This document shows positions 8,706 to 18,192 of a stretch of DNA of 32,000 bases, piece after piece. The notes under the pieces were generated by a model, which saw only the letters and a list, made by a program, of their open reading frames with translations, was not told the DNA's origin and did not search any database. Numbering within the stretch: position 1 is the first letter of the stretch; each line of letters begins with the position of its first letter. The position numbers were made by a program, and so were the translations under genes. This DNA comes from Trichodesmium erythraeum IMS101 (GTDB lineage Bacteria > Cyanobacteriota > Cyanobacteriia > Cyanobacteriales > Microcoleaceae): NCBI RefSeq assembly GCF_000014265.1, contig NC_008312.1, forward strand, positions 1,860,001 to 1,892,000, written 5' to 3'.

Positions 8706-9678
8706 TATTAATTAATTGTATTAATATTTACAAATTTTATAATTATATAAAAATATTTTAAATAATTATAAATTTTATTATGGGTAGTAGTACGGTAAAC
8801 CATAAAGGTAATATTTTTTAGGGAAAAAAATATTACTTAAATAAAAATAAAATAACGCTTAACATAATTAGCGGATAAAGTCAAGTTGCAGTTGCAAATC
8901 AAAAAAATCTTCTTCATCTTGCGTTCTCAACTCTGGTTTCCTTCCACCAAAGTGTAAGTATTCAAGAGGATTTGATATTATAAATTACTTTTATTTAGCC
9001 GTATTATTATGGTAATCCTGAGGGTATAAATTATTATATTTTATTAAAGTTAAATAATTTAATAGTAATTAAAAAAAATTGCTATAAATAAGTTTTAGGC
9101 AGTAGATTAACAAGTTAATTTTAATTTTTTTAATCTAGCTAAATAGCTTGGTATCGTGTGTTTTTAGCTATGGACTATATGAAAAACAGGGCGAGATGAA
9201 AAGGTTCAGAGTAACACAGATAAAATTAATATTATAGATACTACCTTACATTTCATAAATGCACTTACTAGAATTAGTCATTCTAGTAGCTTATTTATAA
9301 CATTATTTAATTGATTAGTTATAACTATTTAACTACAATCCTAAATATAATTAGTAATATTCCATAAATTTTAATGATAAATTAAGTAAAAATAGTCACT
9401 TTTTTTTTGTTGTAAGATAGATTTTGTAGTTCAGGAGTAATTTGACAGGCAAGGCAGCATTATTAATTGTCGGCAAATTGATTCTGAGGTTAAAACCTAA
9501 TAATAAAGAGAACCTTAAAGAATGGTATCTCAACTTTATAGATATAATATATGCAACATTGAGCTACCCAAAAATTATCCAAAAATCATGGTTCTTAATC
9601 ATTATTTTATTGGTTAGTACCTCATTAGAGAAATACCTCTTATAAAACAAAAAACAAAACAAAAAACAAACTAAAAAA

Positions 9679-10758
9679 ATGCTTGACGCACTTATTATTA
9701 TTTCATTTGTATTTGCTGGAGCGGGAATAGGTTTCTATAGCATAGAACTACTTCCACCTAACGTATTGCTAGAAGTCACTAACATCGAAGGTTTACGTTC
9801 AGTATTATCTGCCTTCACTTCTTTAATTGGGTTTGTAGTGGGATTAGTATTTCAAACTACATATCGCCGAGTAGAAATTAAATTCAGACAAATGCCTGTA
9901 GACTTATTATTAACTCGGGCGATAGGATTAATAATTGGACTATTAGTGGCCAACTTAATGCTGGCGCCACTGTTTTTACTTCCTATTCCCGATGAGTTTA
10001 GTTTCATTAAACCTCTTGTGGCAGTTTTAGCTAGTGTGATGTTAGGTTTTACTGGAGTTAATGTTGCTGATACTCATGGTCGTGGTTTTTTACGATTAAT
10101 TAATCCTAACAGTCTGGATGCAGTATTAGTAGCTGAAGGTACTCTCAAACCTTCTACTACTAAGATTTTGGATACTAGCTGTATTATTGATGGTAGAATA
10201 GAAAGTCTGTTGAAGACAGGTTTTTTGGAGGGTCAAATTCTGGTACCAAACTTTGTTTTACAGGAGTTACAGCTTATTGCTGATGCTTCTAATGATCAAA
10301 AAAGAGTCAGAGGTAGACGAGGGTTAGATATTTTAAATAGACTTAAAGAGCTTTATCCTTCTCAAATTCAAATCCATTTTGCAGACTATGAAGAAATTCC
10401 TACTGTGGATGCGAAGTTGGTTCGTTTTGCTCTGGAAATTAATGGTACTTTGTTGACGAATGATTACAATTTATCTAAGGTTGCTAGTTTACAAAAGGTT
10501 CCTGTTCTCAATATTAACGACTTGACTCAAGCAGTAAGACCAAGTTATTTGCCTGGTGATACTATTGAAATCAAAATTCGTAAGGAAGGTAAAGAACCTT
10601 CTCAGGGTATTGGCTATTTAGATGATGGTACAATGGTTGTTGTGGAGTCTGGTAGTGGATATGTTGGTGATGAGGTGCGGGTTATTGTGACCAGTTCTTT
10701 ACAAACTTCTGCGGGTAGGATGATTTTTGCTCGTACTCAAGAGTCAGCGATCGCTTAA
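9679..10758 (+). CDS. PIN/TRAM domain-containing membrane protein (YacL-like)
   Basis: The N-terminal part has about 4 hydrophobic segments. A PIN-like region follows (ILDTSCIIDGRI ... LLTNDYNLSKVA). The C-terminal part is TRAM-like (GDTIEIKIRKEGKEPSQGIGYLDDGTMVVVE...GDEVRVIVTSSLQTSAGRMIFA). Confidence 0.8.
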   Translation: MLDALIIISFVFAGAGIGFYSIELLPPNVLLEVTNIEGLRSVLSAFTSLIGFVVGLVFQTTYRRVEIKFRQMPVDLLLTRAIGLIIGLLVANLMLAPLFLLPIPDEFSFIKPLVAVLASVMLGFTGVNVADTHGRGFLRLINPNSLDAVLVAEGTLKPSTTKILDTSCIIDGRIESLLKTGFLEGQILVPNFVLQELQLIADASNDQKRVRGRRGLDILNRLKELYPSQIQIHFADYEEIPTVDAKLVRFALEINGTLLTNDYNLSKVASLQKVPVLNINDLTQAVRPSYLPGDTIEIKIRKEGKEPSQGIGYLDDGTMVVVESGSGYVGDEVRVIVTSSLQTSAGRMIFARTQESAIA

Positions 10759-11193
10759 TCAAATTAAAAGTTAAAACTCGTGCATTCAACAGTCAAAACT
10801 TAAAGCTTAAAAATTTGATCAAAGAGATCAGGCTATTAGTTAGGGTGAGGATCAGTTTAACCATTTTGCAACAACTTTTCAAAGATACAATAGCAACAAT
10901 AGTAGGAGACCTACCTTGCTCCCCTCCCAACGAGGGGATGCTGGTGGGTAGGGACGTTATATAAGGAAGTCTCTACAACAGGTCAACAAATTAAGATTAA
11001 TAAGGATCAAAGTATACCAATAAGTCCTGTCAGAGAGTATGTTCATCACTTAAATTTCTCAATTGTTATCTAAGTATAGTATTAATGCATGAGAATTGGC
11101 TTTATTAAGAATAAAGGAGAAACTAAACTGCCAAAACTTATCCAATTCCGGCGTGAGTAATTTTAGATAAGTTTAGTAGAAAACAATCTAAAA

Positions 11194-11847
11194 ATGAAAA
11201 ATCAACAGCTAATTATTTTTACTCGTTATCCGGAACCAGGAACAACAAAAACACGGTTAATTCCTGTTTTGGGGGCTAAAGGTGCCGCAAACCTTCAGTT
11301 TCATATGACTGAGACAACTGTCATAAAAGCTAAGAAGTTATCTAATATGATGGCATTGTTAGTTGAAGTTAGATTTGCTGGTGGCAATTTACAGTTAATG
11401 AAAAATTGGTTAGGAGTGGAGCTTAATTTAAAATATCAAAAACAGGGTACAGGTGATTTAGGTGAACGTATGGCAAGAGCTTTTGAATCTGCTTTTTATC
11501 AGGAGATGGAGTCTGTTGTAATTATTGGTACCGACTGCCCAAGCTTAACTGTGGATATTATGTTGGAAGCTTTTGCTAAATTAACTGAATATGATGTGAT
11601 CATTGGTCCGGCAACTGATGGGGGTTATTATTTAATTGGCCTCAAAAAAATTATTCCTGAGTTGTTTCAAGGAATTAATTGGGGAACTTCTGAAGTATTG
11701 TCAAAAACTATGGCGATCGCTCAAAATCTTAATTTAGATATTCACTATTTACCTAAACTTTCTGATATTGACCGTCCAGAAGACCTGGAAAAATTACAAT
11801 TTGAAATTCATCAGGACTTACGCAAAGATACTATATATAGTACATAA
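11194..11847 (+). CDS. TIGR04282/DUF2064-type glycosyltransferase (arsenosugar-biosynthesis-associated family)
   Basis: LIIFTRYPEPGTTKTRL, IGTDCPSLT, GPATDGGYYLIGL and INWGTSEVL are characteristic of the DUF2064 family. Confidence 0.75.
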   Translation: MKNQQLIIFTRYPEPGTTKTRLIPVLGAKGAANLQFHMTETTVIKAKKLSNMMALLVEVRFAGGNLQLMKNWLGVELNLKYQKQGTGDLGERMARAFESAFYQEMESVVIIGTDCPSLTVDIMLEAFAKLTEYDVIIGPATDGGYYLIGLKKIIPELFQGINWGTSEVLSKTMAIAQNLNLDIHYLPKLSDIDRPEDLEKLQFEIHQDLRKDTIYST

Positions 11848-11953
11848 TTTTGGTGATATTCACTATAGTTGTATAGGTTTATAGTCGCGACATTAAAACC
11901 TCTACTTTGTGGAGCGCAATTCCTTAGTTTTTTTTAAAAGCTCCAGTTATTAG

Positions 11954-11979
11954 AGTTAAATAAGTTTAATTTTAAGGGC
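11954..11979. repeat. Orphan copy of a 26-nt IS-end-like sequence (AGTTAAATAAGTTTAATTTTAAGGGC)
   Basis: 25/26 identical and in the same orientation as 12215-12240, which abuts the 3' end of an IS5-type transposase fragment. Confidence 0.6.
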
Positions 11980-12214
11980 AGGATATTTAAATCCGATGTC
12001 AGATAATTTGATAACAATTCCTGGCTATTCTTACTCAATACTTTTTCTGATTTTCCTACTCTATAAGTTAAAAAAAATCCAGAATAATACAATTTTGAAA
12101 GTATAATTTTACGAATAGTAAAGTATATAAAAAACAGACGGCAGATGTATAACTAAGAAAAAAAAATGATTGATGAATTCAAAGTGGTATTGAATATATT
12201 TTTTCTGACTTTAA

Positions 12215-12240
12215 AGTTAAATAAGTTTGATTTTAAGGGC
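12215..12240. repeat. Probable terminal repeat of the truncated IS5-type element at 12245-12480
   Basis: AGTTAAATAAGTTTGATTTTAAGGGC lies 5 nt beyond the stop codon of the transposase fragment. A second copy is at 11954-11979. Confidence 0.55.
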
Positions 12241-12244
12241 TAAT

Positions 12245-12480
12245 TTATAAAGTAAATCTTAAATTATCTAGTCTCTTAAGCGTCAGTTGGATTAATGGTC
12301 CATAAATCATTGCTTTACTTACATCTGAATAGACTTCGTAATCCTTACTTAAGCGTCTAAATCTATTTAACCTCCCATAAGTACGTTCAACAAATCTATC
12401 GTTTAGGCTATTGCTCAAAACTTTGTGAGGTTCCTTTGATCACTTCTACTCTGACACCATTGCGACAAATCTGTTTAACA
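12245..12480 (-). pseudogene. C-terminal fragment of an IS5-family (DDE_Tnp_1-type) transposase
   Basis: The minus strand reads SNSLNDRFVERTYGRLNRFRRLSKDYEVYSDVSKAMIYGPLIQLTLKRLDNLRFTL*. This is the classic ERT(F/Y).(W/R)LNRFRRLSKDYE tail. Upstream pieces are in another frame with a stop, and no N-terminal part is present. Confidence 0.75.
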
Positions 12481-12655
12481 ATATTTTATTGCTTACAAAA
12501 TATCTAAACGATATTTAATCACAACACTTAATTTAACTGAGACTAAACTTTTTTTAAATTATCTTTATGAATAAACTCTTAGCTTGCTTATCTTTGTTTT
12601 TTGACTATTGGTAGGTTATAATTTCCAAAAAATTAAATTTGTGAAGGATATTTTT

Positions 12656-12758
12656 ATGGAACCTATTGAGTTTGCTTGAGTAGCGATCGCCATTCCCTTC
12701 TTGAACAAGTCTGTGGAAAATCTAAGAGAGAAGTTAGGGGAAAATGGAATTAAACAAT
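12656..12758 (+). pseudogene. 5' remnant of an unidentified ORF interrupted by the DDE_Tnp_4 IS
   Basis: The frame reads MEPIEFA*VAIAIPFLNKSVENLREKLGENGIKQ, with an in-frame TGA at 12677-12679. It continues in frame at 13895 (LAKLWKTIRAMPENTF...) if the IS and one AAT copy are removed. Confidence 0.5.
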
Positions 12759-13891
12759 AGACATCTCCAAAATAAAAAATAAGGTAAAATTATCAAAACC
12801 ATTTATTTATAAAGTCTCCCAAATGAATCCAACTTTAGAATATATTTATAACCATCCAAAAGAAACAAAAAGAATTATTGGCATTACTTATGAACAGCTA
12901 ATAAAATTAATAGCAAAGGCCCAAATAATAGAATCAGAGAAAAAGAAGGCGATCGCTAAAACAGAAAAAAGATTAATTAAAGCAGGTGGAGTCAGAAAAA
13001 AGAATTTAACAAAGGAGGAAGAAATAATTTTAACGTTATTTTATTTACATCAAATACCGACTTTTCAAACATTAGGAATTAACTTTGGTATAAGTGAATC
13101 AAGTGCTAATAATATTTTTCATTACTGGATAGATATTCTCAGAGAATTACTGCCAGCAAGTTTATTAGAACAAGTAAAAAAAAAAGAAAATGAATTGGAA
13201 TGGGTAAAGGAGATATTAACAGAATTAGAATTAATTGTAGATAGTACAGAACAAAGTAGAGAAAGACCAAGTGAATATAAAGACCAAGAAAAATATAAAA
13301 TATGAAAAAATAAAAATCATACTTTTAAAAATCAAATAATAACGACACCAAAAGGAACAGAAATAGTAGATGTAATAGTAGGAGAAAAAGGTCCAGTAAG
13401 TGATGTAAAAATATTAAGAAAACAACAGGATAAATTTGATAAAAAACAAAAATTTCAAGGAGATAAAGCTTATGAAGGAGTAGAAAGAACTACTACACCA
13501 AAAAAGAAACCAAGAAAAAAAGAAATGCCGCTAGAAATCAAAGAAGAAAATCAAGAAAAAGCCAGAAAGAGAATATTTGTAGAACATGTAATAAGATTAA
13601 TTAAAATATTTGGAATTGCTAGAGAAAGATTCAGATTAAAAGATAATAATTATCAAAAAGTAATCTTAACAATATGTGGTTTAGTGCGACTAAGAATTGG
13701 ATCTTTTATATTAGCATAAACCATCAAAAGCTGAGATAAAAAGAATAAATTAAAGTACAATAAATATTTGAATTAGTAACACAAAGTATCTCTGATGCCC
13801 ATAAAACTGTACAAATTAACTATCTTCATAAGTAGCGATCGCACCACTAAAGATAGTTAGGATAAGCGTTTGAGTATTTTTGGAGATGTCT
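12759..13891 (+). mobile_element. IS5-family / Harbinger-like (DDE_Tnp_4) insertion sequence, 1133 bp
   Basis: The terminal inverted repeats are AGACATCTCCAAAA (left) and TTTTGGAGATGTCT (right). The flanking direct repeat is AAT (12756-12758 and 13892-13894). A TA duplication with ends one nt further in is also formally possible, but only AAT restores the host frame. Confidence 0.8.
12823..13719 (+). pseudogene. HTH_Tnp_4 + DDE_Tnp_4 transposase with a single in-frame TGA (13303-13305)
   Basis: ORFs 12823..13305 and 13525..13719 are in the same frame (offset 702 = 3 x 234), and the stretch between them has no other stop. Motifs: LTKEEEIILTLFYLHQIPTFQTLGINFGISESSANN (HTH), LIVDSTEQ, HTFKNQ, GDKAYEG, RIFVEHVIRLIKIF. 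Confidence 0.8.
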
Positions 13892-14150
13892 AATTAGCCA
13901 AGCTATGGAAAACTATTAGGGCTATGCCTGAAAATACTTTTATGGCTTTAAAACCTTCACAAGATGGTCTTTTTCCTGAAAATTTTGAAGTGGCTATTAA
14001 GGAAATAGAAAAAGTTGCTAATCAAAATTGAGAGCTTAAACAAGATATTATTGATGTAATTGCTTTTGCTGAAAAAGAACATTCAGAAGATGTGAAAAAC
14101 CTGCAAGCTGAGTGTCTTTGTTGCATGAAAATAGCGAACGCAAACTTCCC
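13892..14150 (+). pseudogene. 3' remnant of the ORF interrupted by the DDE_Tnp_4 IS
   Basis: The frame reads LAKLWKTIRAMPENTFMALKPSQDGLFPENFEVAIKEIEKVANQN*ELKQDIIDVIAFAEKEHSEDVKNLQAE, with an in-frame TGA at 14029-14031. The helical, charged character resembles N-terminal modules of cyanobacterial STAND-type proteins, but this is only an impression. The right boundary is undefined because it runs into another IS fragment. Confidence 0.4.
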
Positions 14151-14164
14151 GCCAGAGAAGTCAA

Positions 14165-14455
14165 TTAGAATTCTACTTTGTAGCTTTTTGGTTGACAATT
14201 CTGTATCATGCGCTTAAGGATAGCACACTGTATAACTCTACTGCTTGAGTATCAAATTTTCGAGATCACTTCTGGGAAGATAACTTTGAGCCTAAACATT
14301 TTTGTTTCTGCTAAAGAACGTCGATGGTATCCACTCTCACGTTTCCATTTTTTACCTCCCACTCTATGAATTTCTCTAAATTGTCATCTCTTGAGGTTAA
14401 TAACTTATAGCTGATAACTGAATGCTTACCTTTAATCTCTTTACGGTATCCAACA
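14165..14455 (-). pseudogene. Fragment of an IS5-type transposase (GYHRRSLAETKMFRLK motif), frameshifted
   Basis: The minus strand reads AVGYRKEIKGKHSVISYKLLTSRDDNLEKFIEWEVKNG.., VGGKKWKRESGYHRRSLAETKMFRLKVIF.., RKFDTQAVELYSVLSLSA.. in shifting frames. Confidence 0.6.
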
Positions 14456-14571
14456 GCTAATAATTGAATTACCAAAATTAATAAGGCTGTATTCTTTCAG
14501 CAAATACAAAAAAAATATCAACTCTTATCAAGACTATCAAATATATCTAAAAAGTGTTTTTTTTAATAATT

Positions 14572-15544
14572 GGTAGTCCTGTATATGTAGTGATAAAATT
14601 ACAGTGAAGCGATCGCTTCATTATAATGATTAATGAAATACCAAATAGCTCCTAGATGGGACCGAAGCTTTTTAGAAAAGGATAAAGTCTTTCTGACCAA
14701 CCGAGAAATTCTTTGACGCAAAGTATTATTCAATCTTTCTATATAAGCTGTTAAACCTGAATATTCCCCACTGATTTATGTCTCTCTTCAGGAAAGACAA
14801 GCTCGTAAGCTGACCAAAAATCTGTATAACAAACTGCACACGGCCTTAAGACACCGTGGGTTAGAATTCCATAATCTATGCTGCCCCTTTTTCTCCTCTT
14901 TCCCCTAAGTAAAAACCCACAATTTCTTTAGTTTCTATATCAATCGCTAACCACAGCCATTGTTTATTATTTTTATTGCCTACAAATGACCACATTTCAT
15001 CACATTGAATGGTGAGTTTACCTGTTTTTTTTTAGTACATTTAATAGAGCGTGAAACCTCAGCATACTTATTATTGACGTAATTCTGGAGCCATTTTTCT
15101 GACACGCCTGTTACACGGGTTATACCAGCTAAACTAATTTTTTCTCTATTTTAATTTATCAATAAGTTCTTTGGTTTCATTACTAATATAATCTCTTTGA
15201 CTATTTTCGACAAATTGTCTCTGACAATTTTGACATTGATATTTTTGTTTTTTGTTGTGAATAGTCCCATTTTTGACAATATGATTACTGCCACAACTAG
15301 GACAGATTAATTTATGAATGGACATCTGAATTATATAGATTTTTTCTTATTACTGTCATAGATAATAGCATACTTTTTTCATGATAGTTGAGTTTAATTC
15401 TTGATAGTTTAATGACTGATTATTATGTAGCGATCGCCTAGATAAAAATTTTGAATTATTAAGCATAAAAAACTTAATGTTTTCAAGATTGATGTCAATA
15501 ACTAATCATTTATATTGGCTTATCACTACATATACAGGACCACC
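14572..15544 (-). mobile_element. IS1-family insertion sequence (973 bp), with a decayed transposase
   Basis: About 25-bp inverted repeats: GGTAGTCCTGTATATGTAGTGATAA (14572-14596) versus the reverse complement of the right end, GGTGGTCCTGTATATGTAGTGATAA (one mismatch). There is a perfect 8-bp direct repeat TAATAATT at 14564-14571 and 15545-15552. Confidence 0.85.
14599..15325 (-). pseudogene. IS1 InsA/InsB-type transposase with several stops and frameshifts
   Basis: The minus strand reads MSIHKLICPSCGSNHIVKNGTIHNKKQKYQCQNCQRQFVENSQRDYISNETKELIDKLK* (InsA zinc finger). Further pieces are ..QCDEMWSFVGNKNNKQWLWLAIDIETKEIVGFYLGERGEKG.. and ..SGLTAYIERLNNTLRQRISRLVRKTLSFSKKLRSHLGAIWYFINHYNEAIASL* in other frames. 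Confidence 0.8.
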
Positions 15545-15928
15545 TAATAATTAAATTCTCACATTCTGAAGCTTTATAAGCTGGTTATATAATTAATAAT
15601 TATGCAAAAAATATGGCTAAGTTTAGATTTTTTACTGCATTTATAGTTGGTTTTTATGTCATTAATCGCTGTTTAATTGTTGAAAAATTACATCTATTAT
15701 ATCTGTTATACAGCCTCTAAAATTATAAAGTACTCGGAAGCGTTCGCAAACAAAATCATAAAATTATTAGATGATTTGTGGACTAATTGAATAAACTCTA
15801 TCGATAAAAAATTTGTGTCTTGACATTCATATATTTAAAGGTAACATAGCTATATAACTAATCGCTAAGTGCTGTTAGCGCAGTATTTTAGACAAAATGG
15901 TTATATAAATTCCCTTACTAAAAAATTG

Positions 15929-16612
15929 ATGAGCAGTATTTCGATTATTATTCCGGTGTTAAATGAAGTTGGGACGATCGCCCAAACTATTTCCACAGCT
16001 CAAACAGGAAAAAATGTAGAAATAATTGTAGTTGACGGTGGCAGTAATGATGGTACTATTGAAGTTGTTAAGTCTTTAAATATTAAACTTATTTATTCCC
16101 TCCCTGGTCGTAGTATTCAAATGAATTTTGGGGCAAAGTTAGCAACGGGAAATATTCTTTTGTTTCTTCATGGAGATACTTTTTTACCATTAAATTTTGA
16201 CGAATTATTAAGAGAAATCATAGTTCAACCGAATATTATTGCAGGTGCGTTTGAATTAGGTATTAGAGGAAAAAAAAGAATTTTACGAATAGTCGAGAGC
16301 ATAGTAAATTGGCGATCGCGTTATTTACAAATGCCTTATGGAGACCAAGGAATTTTTCTTTCGGCTCAAGTATTTGAACAAATTGGTTGCTTCCCAGAAA
16401 TACCAATTATGGAAGATTTTGAGTTGATCCAAAAGTTAAGAAAAAGAGGACGAATTGGAATTATATCAAAACCAGTATTAACCTCTGATCGTCGGTGGCA
16501 AAAGTTGGGGATATTGAAAACGACTCTAATTAATCAAGTAATAATTATTGCTTACTTGCTTGGGTTGCCTCCAAAAACATTAGCACAATGGTATCGTAGT
16601 CATCTGAAGTAA
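15929..16612 (+). CDS. TIGR04283-type family-2 glycosyltransferase (arsenosugar-biosynthesis-associated family)
   Basis: Motifs: MSSISIIIPVLNEVGTI...VEIIVVDGGSNDGT...LHGDTFLP...MEDFEL...TSDRRWQKLGILKTTLINQ. I prefer the ATG at 15929 over the GTG at 15869 reported in the ORF track, because family members start just before the IIIP strand. Confidence 0.75.
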   Translation: MSSISIIIPVLNEVGTIAQTISTAQTGKNVEIIVVDGGSNDGTIEVVKSLNIKLIYSLPGRSIQMNFGAKLATGNILLFLHGDTFLPLNFDELLREIIVQPNIIAGAFELGIRGKKRILRIVESIVNWRSRYLQMPYGDQGIFLSAQVFEQIGCFPEIPIMEDFELIQKLRKRGRIGIISKPVLTSDRRWQKLGILKTTLINQVIIIAYLLGLPPKTLAQWYRSHLK

Positions 16613-16620
16613 GACTACCT

Positions 16621-16680
16621 GATTAAATATCAAAGTATTGACTGATATTGGCTAAAGTTTTTTTCTGTCTAAAAAAAAGT
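16621..16680. repeat. Dispersed ~55-nt repeat, copy 1 (partner at 19806-19862)
   Basis: GATTAAATATCAAAGTATTGACTGATATTGGCTAAAGTTTTTTT...AAAAAAAA compared with GATCAAATATGAAAGTATTAACTGATATTAGCTAAAGCTTTTTT...AAAAAAAA. There are 5 substitutions in the first 44 nt. Both copies lie just downstream of a plus-strand gene. Confidence 0.7.
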
Positions 16681-16816
16681 ACCTGTATCAGATCTAAAAC
16701 CCTCACATTTTCCACAAAATAATTGCAGAGGGCAGCAAGGGAAATATATCTGACTACCTCCTCCATAATTTAATTTATTCTGACTAACTGTAAGAAGGTT
16801 TATGCAACTTTCCTAT

Positions 16817-18192
16817 CGGGACTTTAGCAAATTTCAAGCCCAAACAAACCCTAAACTCTCTTTATGAGCGGTAAATACGTCGATGTTTTCATCTAACCAC
16901 TCAACAAAACGATAAGATATTGCGGTACGAAATGCTTCTAAAGTATCAGTAAACGTATTTAATGGTTTGTTAGCCCAACGCCTTCTTATACCTCCTGTTA
17001 ACTGATGCCAGATAATAAATGTATAAGCACAAAATACTAAAATAAAATGCCTTTTAAGGCTGATTTTATCTCTGACTTGATATTCTCTTAATCCTAACCA
17101 TCCTTTGGCTTCCCTGTAGAAAACTTCCACCCAATTTCTTTGAGAATAAGTAGAATATATCCACTCAGGAGTTACATATTTGTCTTCTCTATTAGTGATA
17201 TAATAGTTAATATCAGTGGCCTCAGAAAAACTTTTAGCATTCATAACGATAGCTATAGTTTTTTGACCTGACATCCTAGATATTTCTACTTCTAATGTAG
17301 CTACCCAAACTTCTCTAGCATTTTTTGTACTTAGTTGAACTAAGTTGAAAGCTTTCTGAGGTATACTTTCTGCCAGCTTGTCTAATCTAATTTCCTCTTT
17401 AATGTCATCTTGTTTTTTAATGATGACTTTTCGATTTTTAGCTAATCCTCCTATATAAGTTAAACTTCTTTTCTCTAGTTGATTTAAGAATGATGTATTG
17501 TTACCATAGCCAAATTTCAATTAACACAATTTCTGGTTGGTGTCCTCTGGACAAACATTGATCTACTAGAGACATTGCACTCGTCTGGTTTCTTGACAAA
17601 TTCTGGGTCTTTTTTTCCTTTTGGAAAAGAATCAGCTTTCTGATACAAAGCTATGTCTAAAGGTAGACTTTTAACTCCATCATAAAGATGAGTTGTCACC
17701 ACGACTACACCATTATCTGTTTTTCCTATTTCTCCTATATATTGCCGCCCTACTCCTGCAGTAAAATTACCACTTTTTCTGTGGCCTGAATCGTCTATAA
17801 TTAAAGCAATAGGATCGAGAAGGTTTTGTTTGGCGACGTTCCCACATTACTTGAAGACGACGCTCATTCACAGCATCTACAGACCAATTTGCTCGAACTA
17901 GAAAATGCCGTAATTTGTGGTACGTGTGACCTACAGTGTTGTTGGCAATTTGAGACAAGTTTTTTCGATCGCTTTCTCAAGAGTAATCCTCCTATATATT
18001 CCCTAAACCCTGTTTTTTGGGCTTTTGTTTTAAAGACATTGTTAAAGCGATCGCACCATCGATGGAAACAAGAGGGCATGGCCACTGAAGTTGTTTCTTT
18101 CATCAAACTTTTCCCAGGCCAGTAATTAACGTAAAATACATATCAGGTATACATTATACCCTTTTTTTTACTATTTTTTCACTAAAGTCCCG
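16817..18192 (-). mobile_element. IS701-family-like insertion sequence, copy B (1376 bp)
   Basis: It has the same 11-bp inverted repeats as copy A (16817-16827 and 18182-18192). It is flanked by a different 4-bp direct repeat, CTAT (16813-16816 and 18193-18196). Confidence 0.9.
16834..18106 (-). pseudogene. IS701/IS4-superfamily DDE transposase with the same four frame breaks as copy A
   Basis: All ORF-track fragments are identical in sequence to those of copy A. The C-terminal ORF is longer (228 aa) because the T missing in copy A is present here. Confidence 0.85.

Noticed and set aside
9442-9645. 67-aa ORF upstream of the PIN/TRAM gene
   Set aside because: It has a TTG start, AT-driven composition (K/I/L/N rich), no motif and no ribosome-binding site. 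It is probably spurious, though a small membrane peptide cannot be excluded.
4137-18192. Composite transposon formed by the two IS701-like copies
   Set aside because: Each copy is flanked by its own matching 4-bp duplication (ATAC/ATAC and CTAT/CTAT). A composite transposon would instead share one duplication at its outer ends.
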